A DNA stretch of 64,000 nucleotides, taken from assembly GCA_963828255.1 (NCBI GenBank), contig CAWHDZ010000034.1, forward strand, positions 96,001 to 160,000, in the 5' to 3' direction. Positions 32,248 through 47,200 of the stretch are shown one piece after another. Position numbers and translations under genes: made by a program. This stretch comes from an uncultured delta proteobacterium (GTDB taxonomy: Bacteria; Myxococcota; Myxococcia; Myxococcales; Anaeromyxobacteraceae). The notes under the pieces are model-generated. The model was not told the DNA's origin. It made no database searches and was given only the letters and a program-made list of their open reading frames with translations. Numbering within the stretch: position 1 is the stretch's first letter; every line of letters begins with the position of its first letter.

Positions 32248-33695
32248 GGAGCACCCCGCCCGCCCACCGTCATGGAGGAGACCCGCACCGTGGGCAAGCC
32301 CTGCGAGACCGGCACGCTCTGCCCGTCCTTGCCGCAGGTCCAGCCCCCCTCGTCCACGGAGAGGTCGCCGGCCACCATGTCCACCATCGTGAGCGCCTTG
32401 GGCCCGTTGCCGATGAGGTTCACGTCCTTGATGGGCCGGGTGAGCTTGCCGTCCTCGATGAGCCAGCCGTTCTTCACGAAGAAGGTGAAGTCGCCGGCGC
32501 CGATCTGCACCTGCCCGTTGGAGAAGGTCTGGCAGTAGATCCCCTTCTTCACCGAGCGGATGATCTCCTCCCGGTCGTGCGGGCCGGGGAGCATGTAGGT
32601 GGAGCGCATGCGCGGCAGCGGCGGGTGGCGGTAGCTCTCGCGCCTCCCGTTGCCGGTGGGGGCCACCTTGTAGTGGCGGGCCGAGATGGCGTCGTGCAGG
32701 TAGGAGGCGAGCACGCCGTTCTCCACCAGCACGGTGCGGCCGGCCGGGTTGCCCTCGTCGTCCACGTGGATGGAGCCGCGCGCGGCCAGGCCGGTGCCGT
32801 CGTCCACGATGGAGACGAACGGGGCGGCCACGACCTTGCCCAGCTTGTCGGCGTAGATGGAGGTGCCCTTGCGGTTGAAGTCGGCCTCCATGCCGTGGCC
32901 GATGGCCTCGTGGAGCAGGATCCCCGAGGATCCGGCGGCGAGCACCACCGGCATCTCGCCGGCGGGGGGCTGTCCGGCCTCGAAGAGGATGGAGGTGCGG
33001 GCCCATGCCTCGGTGCAGAGCCGCTCGATGCGCTCCGTCGAGTAGAAGTCACCCCCGGCGCGGCCGGCCACGTTGTAGCCGTTCTGCTCCCGCCGGCCGT
33101 CGCGCTCGGCCAGCACCGAGGCCGAGAGCAGCGCCATGGGCTGCATGTCCTCGACCACCCGCCCGCTCGAGTCGGCGATGAGCACGGCGCTCTGCTCGTC
33201 GTGGAGGTGGACGTTCACCTTGCGTACGGACGGGTCGGCGGCGAGGAGCCGCGCGTTCACCGCCTCGAGGACCGGAAGCCGCGCCGCGGCGCCCTCCCCC
33301 TCCCCCGGCGCCAGCGACGGGTAGCGCCCGCCCGGGCGGGACAGGAGGTGCATCCGGGCCGGAGCATCGCGCGAAGCGCCGTCGGCGATGGCCGCCGCGG
33401 TGCGCGCCGCCGCCAGGATGGCCGGGAGCGAGAGGTCCTCGGTGTAGCCGTACCCGGTCTGGTCTCCCTTCACCACCCGGACGCCCACGCCCAGCTCGAC
33501 CGAGGCGTGGCCGCGGTTCACCGCCCCGTCCTCGAGCGCCAGGTCGGTCTCGACGCGGTGCTGGAAGAAGAGGTCGGCGAAGTCGCCCCCACGCGACAGC
33601 GCAGCCGCGAGCGCCTCCCGGAGCGTCCGCTCCGTCACCCCGAACCGATCGAACCAGCCGATGCCGGCGCGCGCGGCGCCTGCTTCCGTCGCCAT
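32244..33695 (-). CDS. tldD: TldD metalloprotease
   Basis: LLHEAIGHGMEAD, TGNGRRESY, PRM, CGKDGQ. Confidence 0.93.
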   Translation of the reverse strand: MATEAGAARAGIGWFDRFGVTERTLREALAAALSRGGDFADLFFQHRVETDLALEDGAVNRGHASVELGVGVRVVKGDQTGYGYTEDLSLPAILAAARTAAAIADGASRDAPARMHLLSRPGGRYPSLAPGEGEGAAARLPVLEAVNARLLAADPSVRKVNVHLHDEQSAVLIADSSGRVVEDMQPMALLSASVLAERDGRREQNGYNVAGRAGGDFYSTERIERLCTEAWARTSILFEAGQPPAGEMPVVLAAGSSGILLHEAIGHGMEADFNRKGTSIYADKLGKVVAAPFVSIVDDGTGLAARGSIHVDDEGNPAGRTVLVENGVLASYLHDAISARHYKVAPTGNGRRESYRHPPLPRMRSTYMLPGPHDREEIIRSVKKGIYCQTFSNGQVQIGAGDFTFFVKNGWLIEDGKLTRPIKDVNLIGNGPKALTMVDMVAGDLSVDEGGWTCGKDGQSVPVSQGLPTVRVSSMTVGGRGAP

Positions 33696-33794
33696 CCCTG
33701 CTCCTGTCTTGCCCTGGAAACGCCTTGAACCGGCGGGAATTCGAAATATATGCAGGCGGTTCCCGCTCGACCTGACTTTCCGCAAGGAGGATCC

Positions 33795-35801
<2,007 letters not shown>

Positions 35802-35875
35802 GTAGCGCCTCGGGTTTGCTCCTCGGAGCAGGGCGTGGCCATGATGCGGGGGTTCCGCGGAGGGAGCCCCCCATC

Positions 35876-36667
35876 ATGCCCACCACCGACCAGAGCGGCG
35901 CGAAGACCCATTACCAGGACACCGGCAACGGGAAGGACGTCGTCCTCCTCCTGCACGCCTTTCCGCTCCACTCGGGGATGTGGTCGCGCCAGGTCGCGTC
36001 GCTCTCCCCGCGATTCCGCGTCATCGCCCCCGACTACCCCGGCCTCGGCAAGAGCACGCCGCGCCCGGAGCCGTCCACCATGGAGGCGCTCGCCGAGCAG
36101 GTGCTGGGCGTCCTCGACACCCTGCGGGTGGATCGGGCGGTGGTGGCCGGGCTCTCGATGGGCGGCTACCTGGCCTTCGAGATCTACCGGCGGCGGCCCG
36201 GGCTCTTCCGCGGTCTGGCCCTCTGCGACACCAAGGCAGGGGCCGACACGCCGGAGGGCGCGGCGGGGCGGGAGGCGTTCGCGAAGAACGCGCTCGAGAA
36301 GGGGCTTCACTGGGTGGCCGACGAGATGACGCCGAAGCTGCTCCGCCCGCAGCCCGACGCGGCGGCGGTGAAGGAGGTCCGGCACCTCATCGGGCAGGGC
36401 ACGCCGGCGGGGGTCGCGGCGGCGCAGCGCGGGATGGCGAAGCGGGTGGACTCGACAGCGACGCTGGGTGCGATCACCTGTCCGACGCTCGTGGTGGTGG
36501 GGGCGGAGGACGGGCTCACGCCGCCGGCCGAGGCCGAGAAGATGGTGGCCGGGATGAAGGGGGCGCGGCTGGCGAAGATCGCCGGGGCCGGGCACCTGGC
36601 GAACATCGAGAACCCGGCGGAGTTCGATGCGGTACTGCTTGGTTTCGTGACGGGGTTGCCAAAGTAG
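35876..36667 (+). CDS. Alpha/beta hydrolase (PcaD-like)
   Basis: LLHAFP, GLSMGG, GAGHL. Confidence 0.9.
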   Translation: MPTTDQSGAKTHYQDTGNGKDVVLLLHAFPLHSGMWSRQVASLSPRFRVIAPDYPGLGKSTPRPEPSTMEALAEQVLGVLDTLRVDRAVVAGLSMGGYLAFEIYRRRPGLFRGLALCDTKAGADTPEGAAGREAFAKNALEKGLHWVADEMTPKLLRPQPDAAAVKEVRHLIGQGTPAGVAAAQRGMAKRVDSTATLGAITCPTLVVVGAEDGLTPPAEAEKMVAGMKGARLAKIAGAGHLANIENPAEFDAVLLGFVTGLPK

Positions 36668-36680
36668 CGGCGGGGTTCCT

Positions 36681-36700
36681 GCGGCCGCTGAAGCGGCCGC
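36681..36700. terminator. Hairpin between convergent genes (possible bidirectional terminator)
   Basis: GCGGCCGC-TGAA-GCGGCCGC (each arm is self-complementary). Confidence 0.4.
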
Positions 36701-36704
36701 TGTG

Positions 36705-40537
<3,833 letters not shown>

Positions 40538-40571
40538 AGCCCCGCGGGTACCCTCAAGGCGTGACCTTTCC

Positions 40572-43500
40572 TCACTCCTCGTCGGGCTCTTCTCGAGCCC
40601 CGATCCTCGAGAGCCAGGGATACAGGCTCGGGAGCACCAGGAGCGTCAAGATCGTCGACGTCACCAGCCCACCCACCACCACCGTGGCGAGCGGACGCTG
40701 CACCTCGGCTCCCACCCCGCTCGCCAGCATCATGGGCACGAAGCCCAGCGCGGCGACCAGCGCGGTCATGAGCACCGGCCTGGCCCGCTCCCGGGCGGCG
40801 TCGAGGGCGGCCTCGGCCGGACCCTTCCCCTCCTCCTCGAGGGAGAGCAGGCGCGACATGAGGACCACGCCGTTCAGCACGGCGATGCCGGAGAGCGCGA
40901 TGAACCCCACCGCGGCCGAGATGGAGACCGGCATGCCGCGCATGGCGAGCACGATCATGCCGCCCACCGAGGCGAAGGGGACGTTCAGGAAGATGAGCAG
41001 CGCCGGCTTGAGGCGGCGGAAGGCGAAGAGGAGCACGGCCACGATGAGGGCCAGGACCGCCGGGATGACGATGGCGAGCCGCCGCTTGGCGTCCACCAGG
41101 GTCTCGTACTGCCCGCCCCACTCGAAGCGGTAGCCGCGGGGCAGCTTCACCTGGGCGTTCACCGCCTTCTCGGCCTGCTCGACCACGGTGCCCAGGTCGG
41201 CGCCGCGGACGTTGAAGCCCACCACGATGCGCCGCTCCCCGTCCTGGCGGGAGACCAGGCTGGGGGAGGTGGTCAGCTCCACGTCGGCGACGCGTCCCAG
41301 CGGGACCAGGCCGCCGGCAGGGCCGGGGATGGACAGGTCACCCAGGGTGAAGGCGTTGGCGCCCCCGCCGAGCCGCAGCAGGATGGGCACGCGCAGGGCC
41401 CCGTCGTAGGTGGCGCCCACCTCGATCCCGGTGCGCAGCGCCTGCACCGCCTCGAGGAGCGACTTCACCGTGAAGCCGGCCCGCGAGGCGTCGAGCGGCC
41501 GGGGGCGGACCTCGAGGAGCGAGACCGCCGGCGGCGCGATGACCCGGGTGTCCACTGCGCCGGGGACCTTTCCGGCCACCTCGGCGGTGCGGGCGGCGAC
41601 CCGGTCGAGCTCGGCCAGGTCGTCGCCGTAGATGGAGATGGTGACGTCGGCCACCGACCCGCCCAGGAGCTCGTTGAAGCGCATCTGGATGGGCTGGGTG
41701 AAGCTCACCTCGGCGGAGGCGTTGACCGACTTCGCCGCACGGTCGATGTCGGCGATGACCCGGTCCTTGTCCACGCCCGGGCGCCAGGCCTCCTTGGGCT
41801 TGAGCAGCACGAAGACGTCGGCCTGCTCGAGCCCCATGATGTCGGTGGCCACGGCCGGGCTGCCGATGCGGGAGACGACCTCCTTCACCTCCGGCACCTT
41901 GGCCATCATCACCGCCTCGAGCTTGCCGGCCTCGGAGATGGCGGTGTCGAGGGAGATGTCGGCGGCGCGGGTGGTCTGCACCACCAGGTCCCCCTCGTCG
42001 AGCTGCGGCACGAACTCGCTGCCGGCGCGGGCGAAGAAGATCCCGCCCACCACGAGCAGCACCACCGACCCGACGGCCACGGCCCAGGGGCGGGCGGCCG
42101 AGGAGCGCAGGGCCGGCAGGTACCCCTTCTCGATCCAGCGGACCAGGAAGGGGGCGCGCTCCGGCACGTCCCTGGGCCGGAGGAAGAGGGCGGTGGCGGC
42201 CGGGATGAAGGTGAGCGAGAGGACCAGCGAGGCCGCCAGGGCGAAGACCACGGTGAGCGCCATGGGGCGGAACATCTTGCCGTCCACGCCGGTGAGCGAG
42301 AGCACCGGGACGTAGACCAGCAGGATGATGAGCACCGAGAAGAAGACCGGCTGGGCCACCGTGCCGGTGACCTTCTCGACGTGGCGCACCCAGAGGGTCC
42401 GGCACCTCTTCTTGTCGCCGAGCGGGTACTCGGAACGGTTCACCCCGTGGAACACCGCCTCCACCATGACCACCGCGCCGTCCACGATGAGGCCGAAGTC
42501 GAGGGCGCCGAGCGACATGAGGTTGCCGGGAATGTCGAGGGCCACCATGGCGGCGGTGGCGCCCAGCATCGAGAGGGGGATGGCCGCGGCGACCAGCAGC
42601 CCGGCCCGCCAGCTGCCCAGCATGAGGAAGAGGACGGCGATGACCAGCAATCCACCCTCGAGCAGGTTCTTGAAGACGGTCTTGAGCGTGCCCTCGACCA
42701 GCTTGCTGCGGTCGTAGACGACGTCCACGAAGACGTCCTCGGGGAGGACCTTGCGCACCTCGACCATCTGCTTCTTCAGGCGGTGCATGACGTCGAGGGC
42801 GTTCTCGCCCCGGAGCATCTGCGCCATGACGTAGACGGTCTCGCCCTTGCCGTTCTCGGTGGCCGCGCCGATGCGGGTGGACGAGCCCATGGAGATCTCG
42901 GCCACGTCGGAGAGGCGCACCGGGTTCACGTCGGAGCCGCGCCGGAAGACCAGCGCGTACCCCAGCTCGCCCGCGTTCTTGGGCAGGGCCACGGCGCGCA
43001 GCAAGGTCTGCCCCGACCCGGCCGGCAGCGAGGCGCCGGGGGCGGTCCCGGTGGCCTGCTCGAGCGCCTGGCGCACGTCCTCGAGGGTGAGGCCGCGGGA
43101 GGCCATGCGCACCGGGTCCACCTTCACCTCGAGCACGCGCTGGTCGCCGCCCCAGGTGTTGACCTCGACCACGCCGGCCACGCTGCGCAGCATGGGGGCC
43201 ACCTTGAACTGGGCGATCTCGAGCAGCTCGGCGGGGCTGCGGCGCGGTGAGTCGAGGGTGAAGTGGAAGATCTCGCCCAGGCCGCCGGTGATCGGCCCCA
43301 GTTCTGGCGGGGCCACGCCGGGCGGGAAGGAGAGGCTGGTGAGCCGCTCCTGGACCATCTGGCGGGCGCGGTAGGTCTCGACGCCGTCCTGGAACACCGC
43401 GGTGACCGAGGAGATGCCGTAGCGCGACAGGCTGCGCTGCTCGACCAGGCCGGGCAGGCCGCCCATCCCCACCTCGATGGGGCGGGTGACGAGCCGCTCC

Positions 43501-43682
43501 ACCTCCTCGGGGGTGAGGCCGGGGGCGCGGGTGAGGACCAGCACCTGGTTGTTGGTGGTGTCGGGGAGCGCGTCGAACTTGAGGAACATGCCGACGGCGG
43601 CGCCCACGAGCATGAGGGCCAGCGTGGTGCCGACGACCAGCACCCGGTGGCGGACCGACCACTGGACGAGTCCCTGGATCAA
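40572..43682 (-). CDS. czcA: CzcA/CusA heavy-metal efflux RND permease
   Basis: DALPD, NLMSLGALDFGLIVDG, QPIQMRFNEL, GIAVLNG, RPVLMTA; TTG start overlapping the MFP stop. Confidence 0.9.
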   Translation of the reverse strand: MIQGLVQWSVRHRVLVVGTTLALMLVGAAVGMFLKFDALPDTTNNQVLVLTRAPGLTPEEVERLVTRPIEVGMGGLPGLVEQRSLSRYGISSVTAVFQDGVETYRARQMVQERLTSLSFPPGVAPPELGPITGGLGEIFHFTLDSPRRSPAELLEIAQFKVAPMLRSVAGVVEVNTWGGDQRVLEVKVDPVRMASRGLTLEDVRQALEQATGTAPGASLPAGSGQTLLRAVALPKNAGELGYALVFRRGSDVNPVRLSDVAEISMGSSTRIGAATENGKGETVYVMAQMLRGENALDVMHRLKKQMVEVRKVLPEDVFVDVVYDRSKLVEGTLKTVFKNLLEGGLLVIAVLFLMLGSWRAGLLVAAAIPLSMLGATAAMVALDIPGNLMSLGALDFGLIVDGAVVMVEAVFHGVNRSEYPLGDKKRCRTLWVRHVEKVTGTVAQPVFFSVLIILLVYVPVLSLTGVDGKMFRPMALTVVFALAASLVLSLTFIPAATALFLRPRDVPERAPFLVRWIEKGYLPALRSSAARPWAVAVGSVVLLVVGGIFFARAGSEFVPQLDEGDLVVQTTRAADISLDTAISEAGKLEAVMMAKVPEVKEVVSRIGSPAVATDIMGLEQADVFVLLKPKEAWRPGVDKDRVIADIDRAAKSVNASAEVSFTQPIQMRFNELLGGSVADVTISIYGDDLAELDRVAARTAEVAGKVPGAVDTRVIAPPAVSLLEVRPRPLDASRAGFTVKSLLEAVQALRTGIEVGATYDGALRVPILLRLGGGANAFTLGDLSIPGPAGGLVPLGRVADVELTTSPSLVSRQDGERRIVVGFNVRGADLGTVVEQAEKAVNAQVKLPRGYRFEWGGQYETLVDAKRRLAIVIPAVLALIVAVLLFAFRRLKPALLIFLNVPFASVGGMIVLAMRGMPVSISAAVGFIALSGIAVLNGVVLMSRLLSLEEEGKGPAEAALDAARERARPVLMTALVAALGFVPMMLASGVGAEVQRPLATVVVGGLVTSTILTLLVLPSLYPWLSRIGAREEPDEE

Positions 43683-44743
43683 GGCGCGACCTCGGCCAGG
43701 CCGGCGTCCGCGGCGACCTCCTCGTCGGCGGCCACCCCGATGACCAGCGCCTCCGCGCCGGAGGAGGCGACGACGTCCACCTCCACCTTGACGGCCTTGC
43801 CGTCCCGGCGGGCCACGACGAAGGTCTTGCCGTCGGTGAGGATGACGGCCCGGGCCGGGACCACCGCAGCCCCCACCACTCCGGGCAGGGTCACCACCAC
43901 GCGGCCGGTGAGGCCGGCCTGGAGGGTCGTGCCCTTCTCGGGAACGAGCCACACCGAGATGGTCCCGTCGCGCGGGTCCACCACCGGCGCGCGGGCCACG
44001 AAGACGAGCGGGTACCGGGAGCCTGCGGAGGTGACGAGCTCGAACTGGGAGGTGGCCGCGTCGGGCGCGCGGGCGAAGCGGGCCTCGACGCGGGAGTCGC
44101 CCGCCCCTGCCACCCGGACCAGCGGCTCGCCGGTGGGCTCACGGCTGTCGCCCACGCCCACGCCGACGGCGACGACCACTCCGGCGATGGGGCTCCGGAG
44201 GACCACCGGCTTCTTCCCGGAGACGATGTCGGCGGCCTGGCCCGGCTCGATCTGGGCCGTGCGCAGCGCCGCGGCGGCCGACTGCTGGTCGGCGCTGGCC
44301 TCGGCGAGCTTGGTCTCGGCCTCGAGCACGTCGGCAAGCCGGACCAGCCCGTCGGCCTTGAGCGCGTCGAGCTGGGCCTTGCGGCGGCCGTAGGCGTCCA
44401 CCCGGGTGGTGGCGGCGGCGTAGGCCCCGGCCGCGGTGGAGACCTCGGGCATGACCACCTCGACGAGGGGCTGCCCCTTCGACACCTTCTGCCCGGGGCG
44501 GACCAGGACCTTGAGCACGCGGGCCCGGTAGGGAGGCACCACGGCGGCCTGCCCCTCGGGCGAGGGGAGCACGTGCGCCGGGGCCTCGAGGAGGGGCACG
44601 CCCTCGCTGGAGCGGGCCTTCACCCAGGGTGTACGAGAGCTGGGGGTGGGCGGCGTCTCCTCGGGGGGCGGCCCCTTCTTCGAGCAGGCGGCGAGGGCGA
44701 GGACGGCGGCGAGCGCCAGGGTGCGGTTCCAGGGAATCTTCAC
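43679..44743 (-). CDS. RND membrane-fusion protein (lipoprotein)
   Basis: LAAC lipobox; lipoyl half-motifs VRPGQKVSKGQPL and LRSPIAGVV. Confidence 0.88.
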   Translation of the reverse strand: MKIPWNRTLALAAVLALAACSKKGPPPEETPPTPSSRTPWVKARSSEGVPLLEAPAHVLPSPEGQAAVVPPYRARVLKVLVRPGQKVSKGQPLVEVVMPEVSTAAGAYAAATTRVDAYGRRKAQLDALKADGLVRLADVLEAETKLAEASADQQSAAAALRTAQIEPGQAADIVSGKKPVVLRSPIAGVVVAVGVGVGDSREPTGEPLVRVAGAGDSRVEARFARAPDAATSQFELVTSAGSRYPLVFVARAPVVDPRDGTISVWLVPEKGTTLQAGLTGRVVVTLPGVVGAAVVPARAVILTDGKTFVVARRDGKAVKVEVDVVASSGAEALVIGVAADEEVAADAGLAEVAP

Positions 44744-46029
44744 TTGGCCCCTCCGGGCGTCATGTCGGCGAGCAGCATCCAGACCTTCACCCGGGCCCAT
44801 GCGTGGGCGGACTGCGCGCGGGTGAGCTTCTGCCGGGCCGCGGCCCAGACCCGGCGGGCCACCAGGACCTCGAGGACGGTGGTCTCCCCGGCGCGCATCG
44901 AGGCCTCGCGGGCCTGGGCGTTGAGCTGCGCGGCCGGCAGGAGCTCCGTCTCGACGGCGGCGAGCAGCTCGCCGGTGTGCTCCACCTCGTGGAGCGAGCG
45001 GGCCAGCTCGGTGGCGGCGACGGCGCGGGCCTGCTGGAACTCGCCCTCTGCGCGGGCGGCGGCCGCGGCCACGGGAGCGGCCTCGCGCTCGCCGCGGTCG
45101 AAGAGCGGGAAGGAGACCTCGAGCACGGCCTGCGCGCCCCAGGTGCCCAGGTAGTCGCGGGTGCCCTTCACGCCGGTGCCGATCCCCCAGCCCTTCGCGG
45201 AGCGGAACTCGGCCTCGCGGGCGCGGTCGGCGTCGGCGGCGAGCTTCCGTGCGGCGACTGCGGGGAGCTTCCCGGCGGCCTCCAGGACCGACGGCCAGTC
45301 AGTGCGCCTGGGCGACGGCGGCGCGGGGAGCGGGCCCGCGGCGATGGGCGGCCTCTCCGCCTCCTGCCCCATGGCGACGGCCAGCTGGTAGCCGCGCTCG
45401 ACCACCTCGCCCTCGGCGGAGATGGCGAGGACGTGGGCTTCGGCGGCGTAGGTCGCGGCGTCGGCGGCCTCGGCGCGGGTGTAGGCGGCGGCCGCGGCGG
45501 CGCGGGCCATCTTGGCGGAGAAGTCGCGGGCCAGCTCGTACTCCTGCATGGCGTCGGCGAGGGACCGCTGCGCGGCCCAGGCGTCGAGCCAGGCCTGTGC
45601 GGCGCCGAGCTTGTGGGAGAGCGCAGCGGCGCGGGCCTCGGCGGTGAGCTGGTCGCCCTCGGCGCGGATGGAGGCCTTTCGGTCGCCCGGCAGGCCGGAG
45701 AGGTTCCAGCCCTGCAGCAGGGTCGCCTCCCCCATGTACTTCCACTGATCGTCGAGCGGATCCTTGGCGGCGCCGGGCTGGACGTTGAGCGTGGGGTTCG
45801 CGACGAGTGACGAGACCGAGTCGCCAACCCTGCGCTGCTCGGCGGCGGCGGCCTCGGCTCCGGCGACGGCCGGGGCCCGGGAGGCGAGGCCGATGGCCTC
45901 GTCGAAGGTGACCGGGGCGCCCGCCTCGGCCGGGAGGACCTGGGCGGTGAGCTGGGCGTCCGGCTTCGGGGCGGGGGGTGCAGGCGGGGCCAGGATGGCG
46001 AGCCCGAGGAGGAGTGCGGGAATGTGCAT
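44740..46029 (-). CDS. TolC/CzcC outer-membrane efflux protein
   Basis: Signal peptide, SFPLFDRG, helical repeats; first gene of the RND operon. Confidence 0.88.
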   Translation of the reverse strand: MHIPALLLGLAILAPPAPPAPKPDAQLTAQVLPAEAGAPVTFDEAIGLASRAPAVAGAEAAAAEQRRVGDSVSSLVANPTLNVQPGAAKDPLDDQWKYMGEATLLQGWNLSGLPGDRKASIRAEGDQLTAEARAAALSHKLGAAQAWLDAWAAQRSLADAMQEYELARDFSAKMARAAAAAAYTRAEAADAATYAAEAHVLAISAEGEVVERGYQLAVAMGQEAERPPIAAGPLPAPPSPRRTDWPSVLEAAGKLPAVAARKLAADADRAREAEFRSAKGWGIGTGVKGTRDYLGTWGAQAVLEVSFPLFDRGEREAAPVAAAAARAEGEFQQARAVAATELARSLHEVEHTGELLAAVETELLPAAQLNAQAREASMRAGETTVLEVLVARRVWAAARQKLTRAQSAHAWARVKVWMLLADMTPGGAK

Positions 46030-46259
46030 GGCGATCGGTCGAGCCTAGCATCCGGGGGCGGCCTGACGCAGGCGGCCGTTGGGGCGGGGGCGGCGCGAGC
46101 GATAGCACGCATCTGGCTGAGATCGCGCTCATACTTGGAGCTGTCCGGTCGTGTATCCGGGGGTCACGGGGGAAACGCTTGATCCGGAAGGGCATCGTGC
46201 CTTACAAGGGCGGTCCCCGGGCCGGGTCCGGCCGGGGAGTGGTATGCGGAAGAGGCTCG

Positions 46260-46349
46260 GGAGGAGTGGCCGAGCGGCCTAAGGCGGCGGTCTTGAAAAC
46301 CGCTGAGGGGGTAACCCCTCCGAAGGTTCGAATCCTTCCTCCTCCGCCA
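46260..46349 (+). tRNA. tRNA-Ser: tRNA-Ser(TGA)
   Basis: GGAGGAG/CTCCTCC acceptor stem, CT-TGA-AA loop, long variable arm, GTTCGAATC, CCA. Confidence 0.97.
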
Positions 46350-46377
46350 GCGAGACAGAGATCACCGGGAGGATTCT

Positions 46378-46469
46378 GGAGAGGTGGCCGAGAGGCCGAA
46401 GGCGCTGGTTTGCTAAACCAGTATACGGGGTGACCTGTATCGAGGGTTCGAATCCCTCCCTCTCCGCCA
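46378..46469 (+). tRNA. tRNA-Ser: tRNA-Ser(GCT)
   Basis: GGAGAGG acceptor stem, TT-GCT-AA loop, long variable arm, CCA. Confidence 0.97.
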
Positions 46470-46512
46470 GTACGGCGGGACAGAAGTGGGAAGAGGTAGA
46501 AGGCGAGAGATT

Positions 46513-46589
46513 GCGCCCTTAGCTCAGTTGGATAGAGCGTCGGACTACGAATCCGAAGGCCAGAGGTTCAAATCCTCTAGGGCGCGCCA
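46513..46589 (+). tRNA. tRNA-Arg: tRNA-Arg(ACG), probable integration target
   Basis: GCGCCCT/AGGGCGC acceptor stem, CT-ACG-AA loop, GTTCAAATC, CCA. Confidence 0.97.
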
Positions 46590-46598
46590 GAAAAGAAG

Positions 46599-46632
46599 AG
46601 GCCCCATCAGTGTTTAGCTGGTGGGGCCTTTT
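46599..46632 (+). terminator. Rho-independent terminator after the tRNA cluster
   Basis: AGGCCCCATCAG...CTGGTGGGGCCT stem followed by a T-run. Confidence 0.75.
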
Positions 46633-46794
46633 CGTTGGCATCACCGACAGTGGAGTCATCAGCAAAACGTCAGCAAACGGTCGCCCCGGTTGCAGGACTT
46701 CCATCAAGAGAGGCGGCTACGCAGGCCCCGATGCTGGCCGTGGACATCCGCCAATCGTTCTGATGTCCTCGGCGGCAAGGCTCGGAGGGGACCA

Positions 46795-47004
46795 ATGGCC
46801 ACGTACCGGGAGATCGCCGATCTCACACGCCAGATGTGTGGTCGGACCGTCAAGACCTGCTGGATCGCGCACGTGAAGTCGGACTTCGGGCTGATCACTC
46901 GCGAGGCCCCGAATCGAATAAGTCCAACCGCCCGGGTGCACCCGTGCCCTGACGACGTGAGACCGGCAATCATCGCGGCCATGCGCCGTCTGGGCGAGAT
47001 TTAG
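46795..47004 (+). CDS. Small hypothetical protein (ATY.EI...KTCWIAHVK family)
   Basis: GGAGGGG Shine-Dalgarno; MATYREI...KTCWIAHVK...APNR...HPCP...AI..A.R pattern. Confidence 0.7.
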   Translation: MATYREIADLTRQMCGRTVKTCWIAHVKSDFGLITREAPNRISPTARVHPCPDDVRPAIIAAMRRLGEI

Positions 47005-47011
47005 CGGCCTT

Positions 47012-47200
47012 TCAGGCAGCTTCGGCTGTGCGGTGCCCGTTCGTGGCTCCCTTGCCATGGATGAGTTGGCCCAGATCATCCTCTGAGACTCGAATCGCGT
47101 TACCGACTCTGGAGTGCGCAAGGTCGTTTTTGGCGCAAAGCCGATAGACCGTCGCCGGACACACGCCCAGGCGATGGGCGACTTCACGAACGGAGAGCAT
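47012..47200 (-). CDS. Excisionase-like HTH (HTH_17) protein, possibly a frameshifted C-terminal domain of the integrase
   Basis: LSVREVAHRLGVCPATVYRL...RVGNAIRV; overlaps the integrase 3' end. Confidence 0.75.
   Translation of the reverse strand: MLSVREVAHRLGVCPATVYRLCAKNDLAHSRVGNAIRVSEDDLGQLIHGKGATNGHRTAEAA

Noticed and set aside
46519..46707. ORF containing ARPRGFEPLAFGFVVRRSIQLS
   Set aside because: It is the antisense translation of tRNA-Arg
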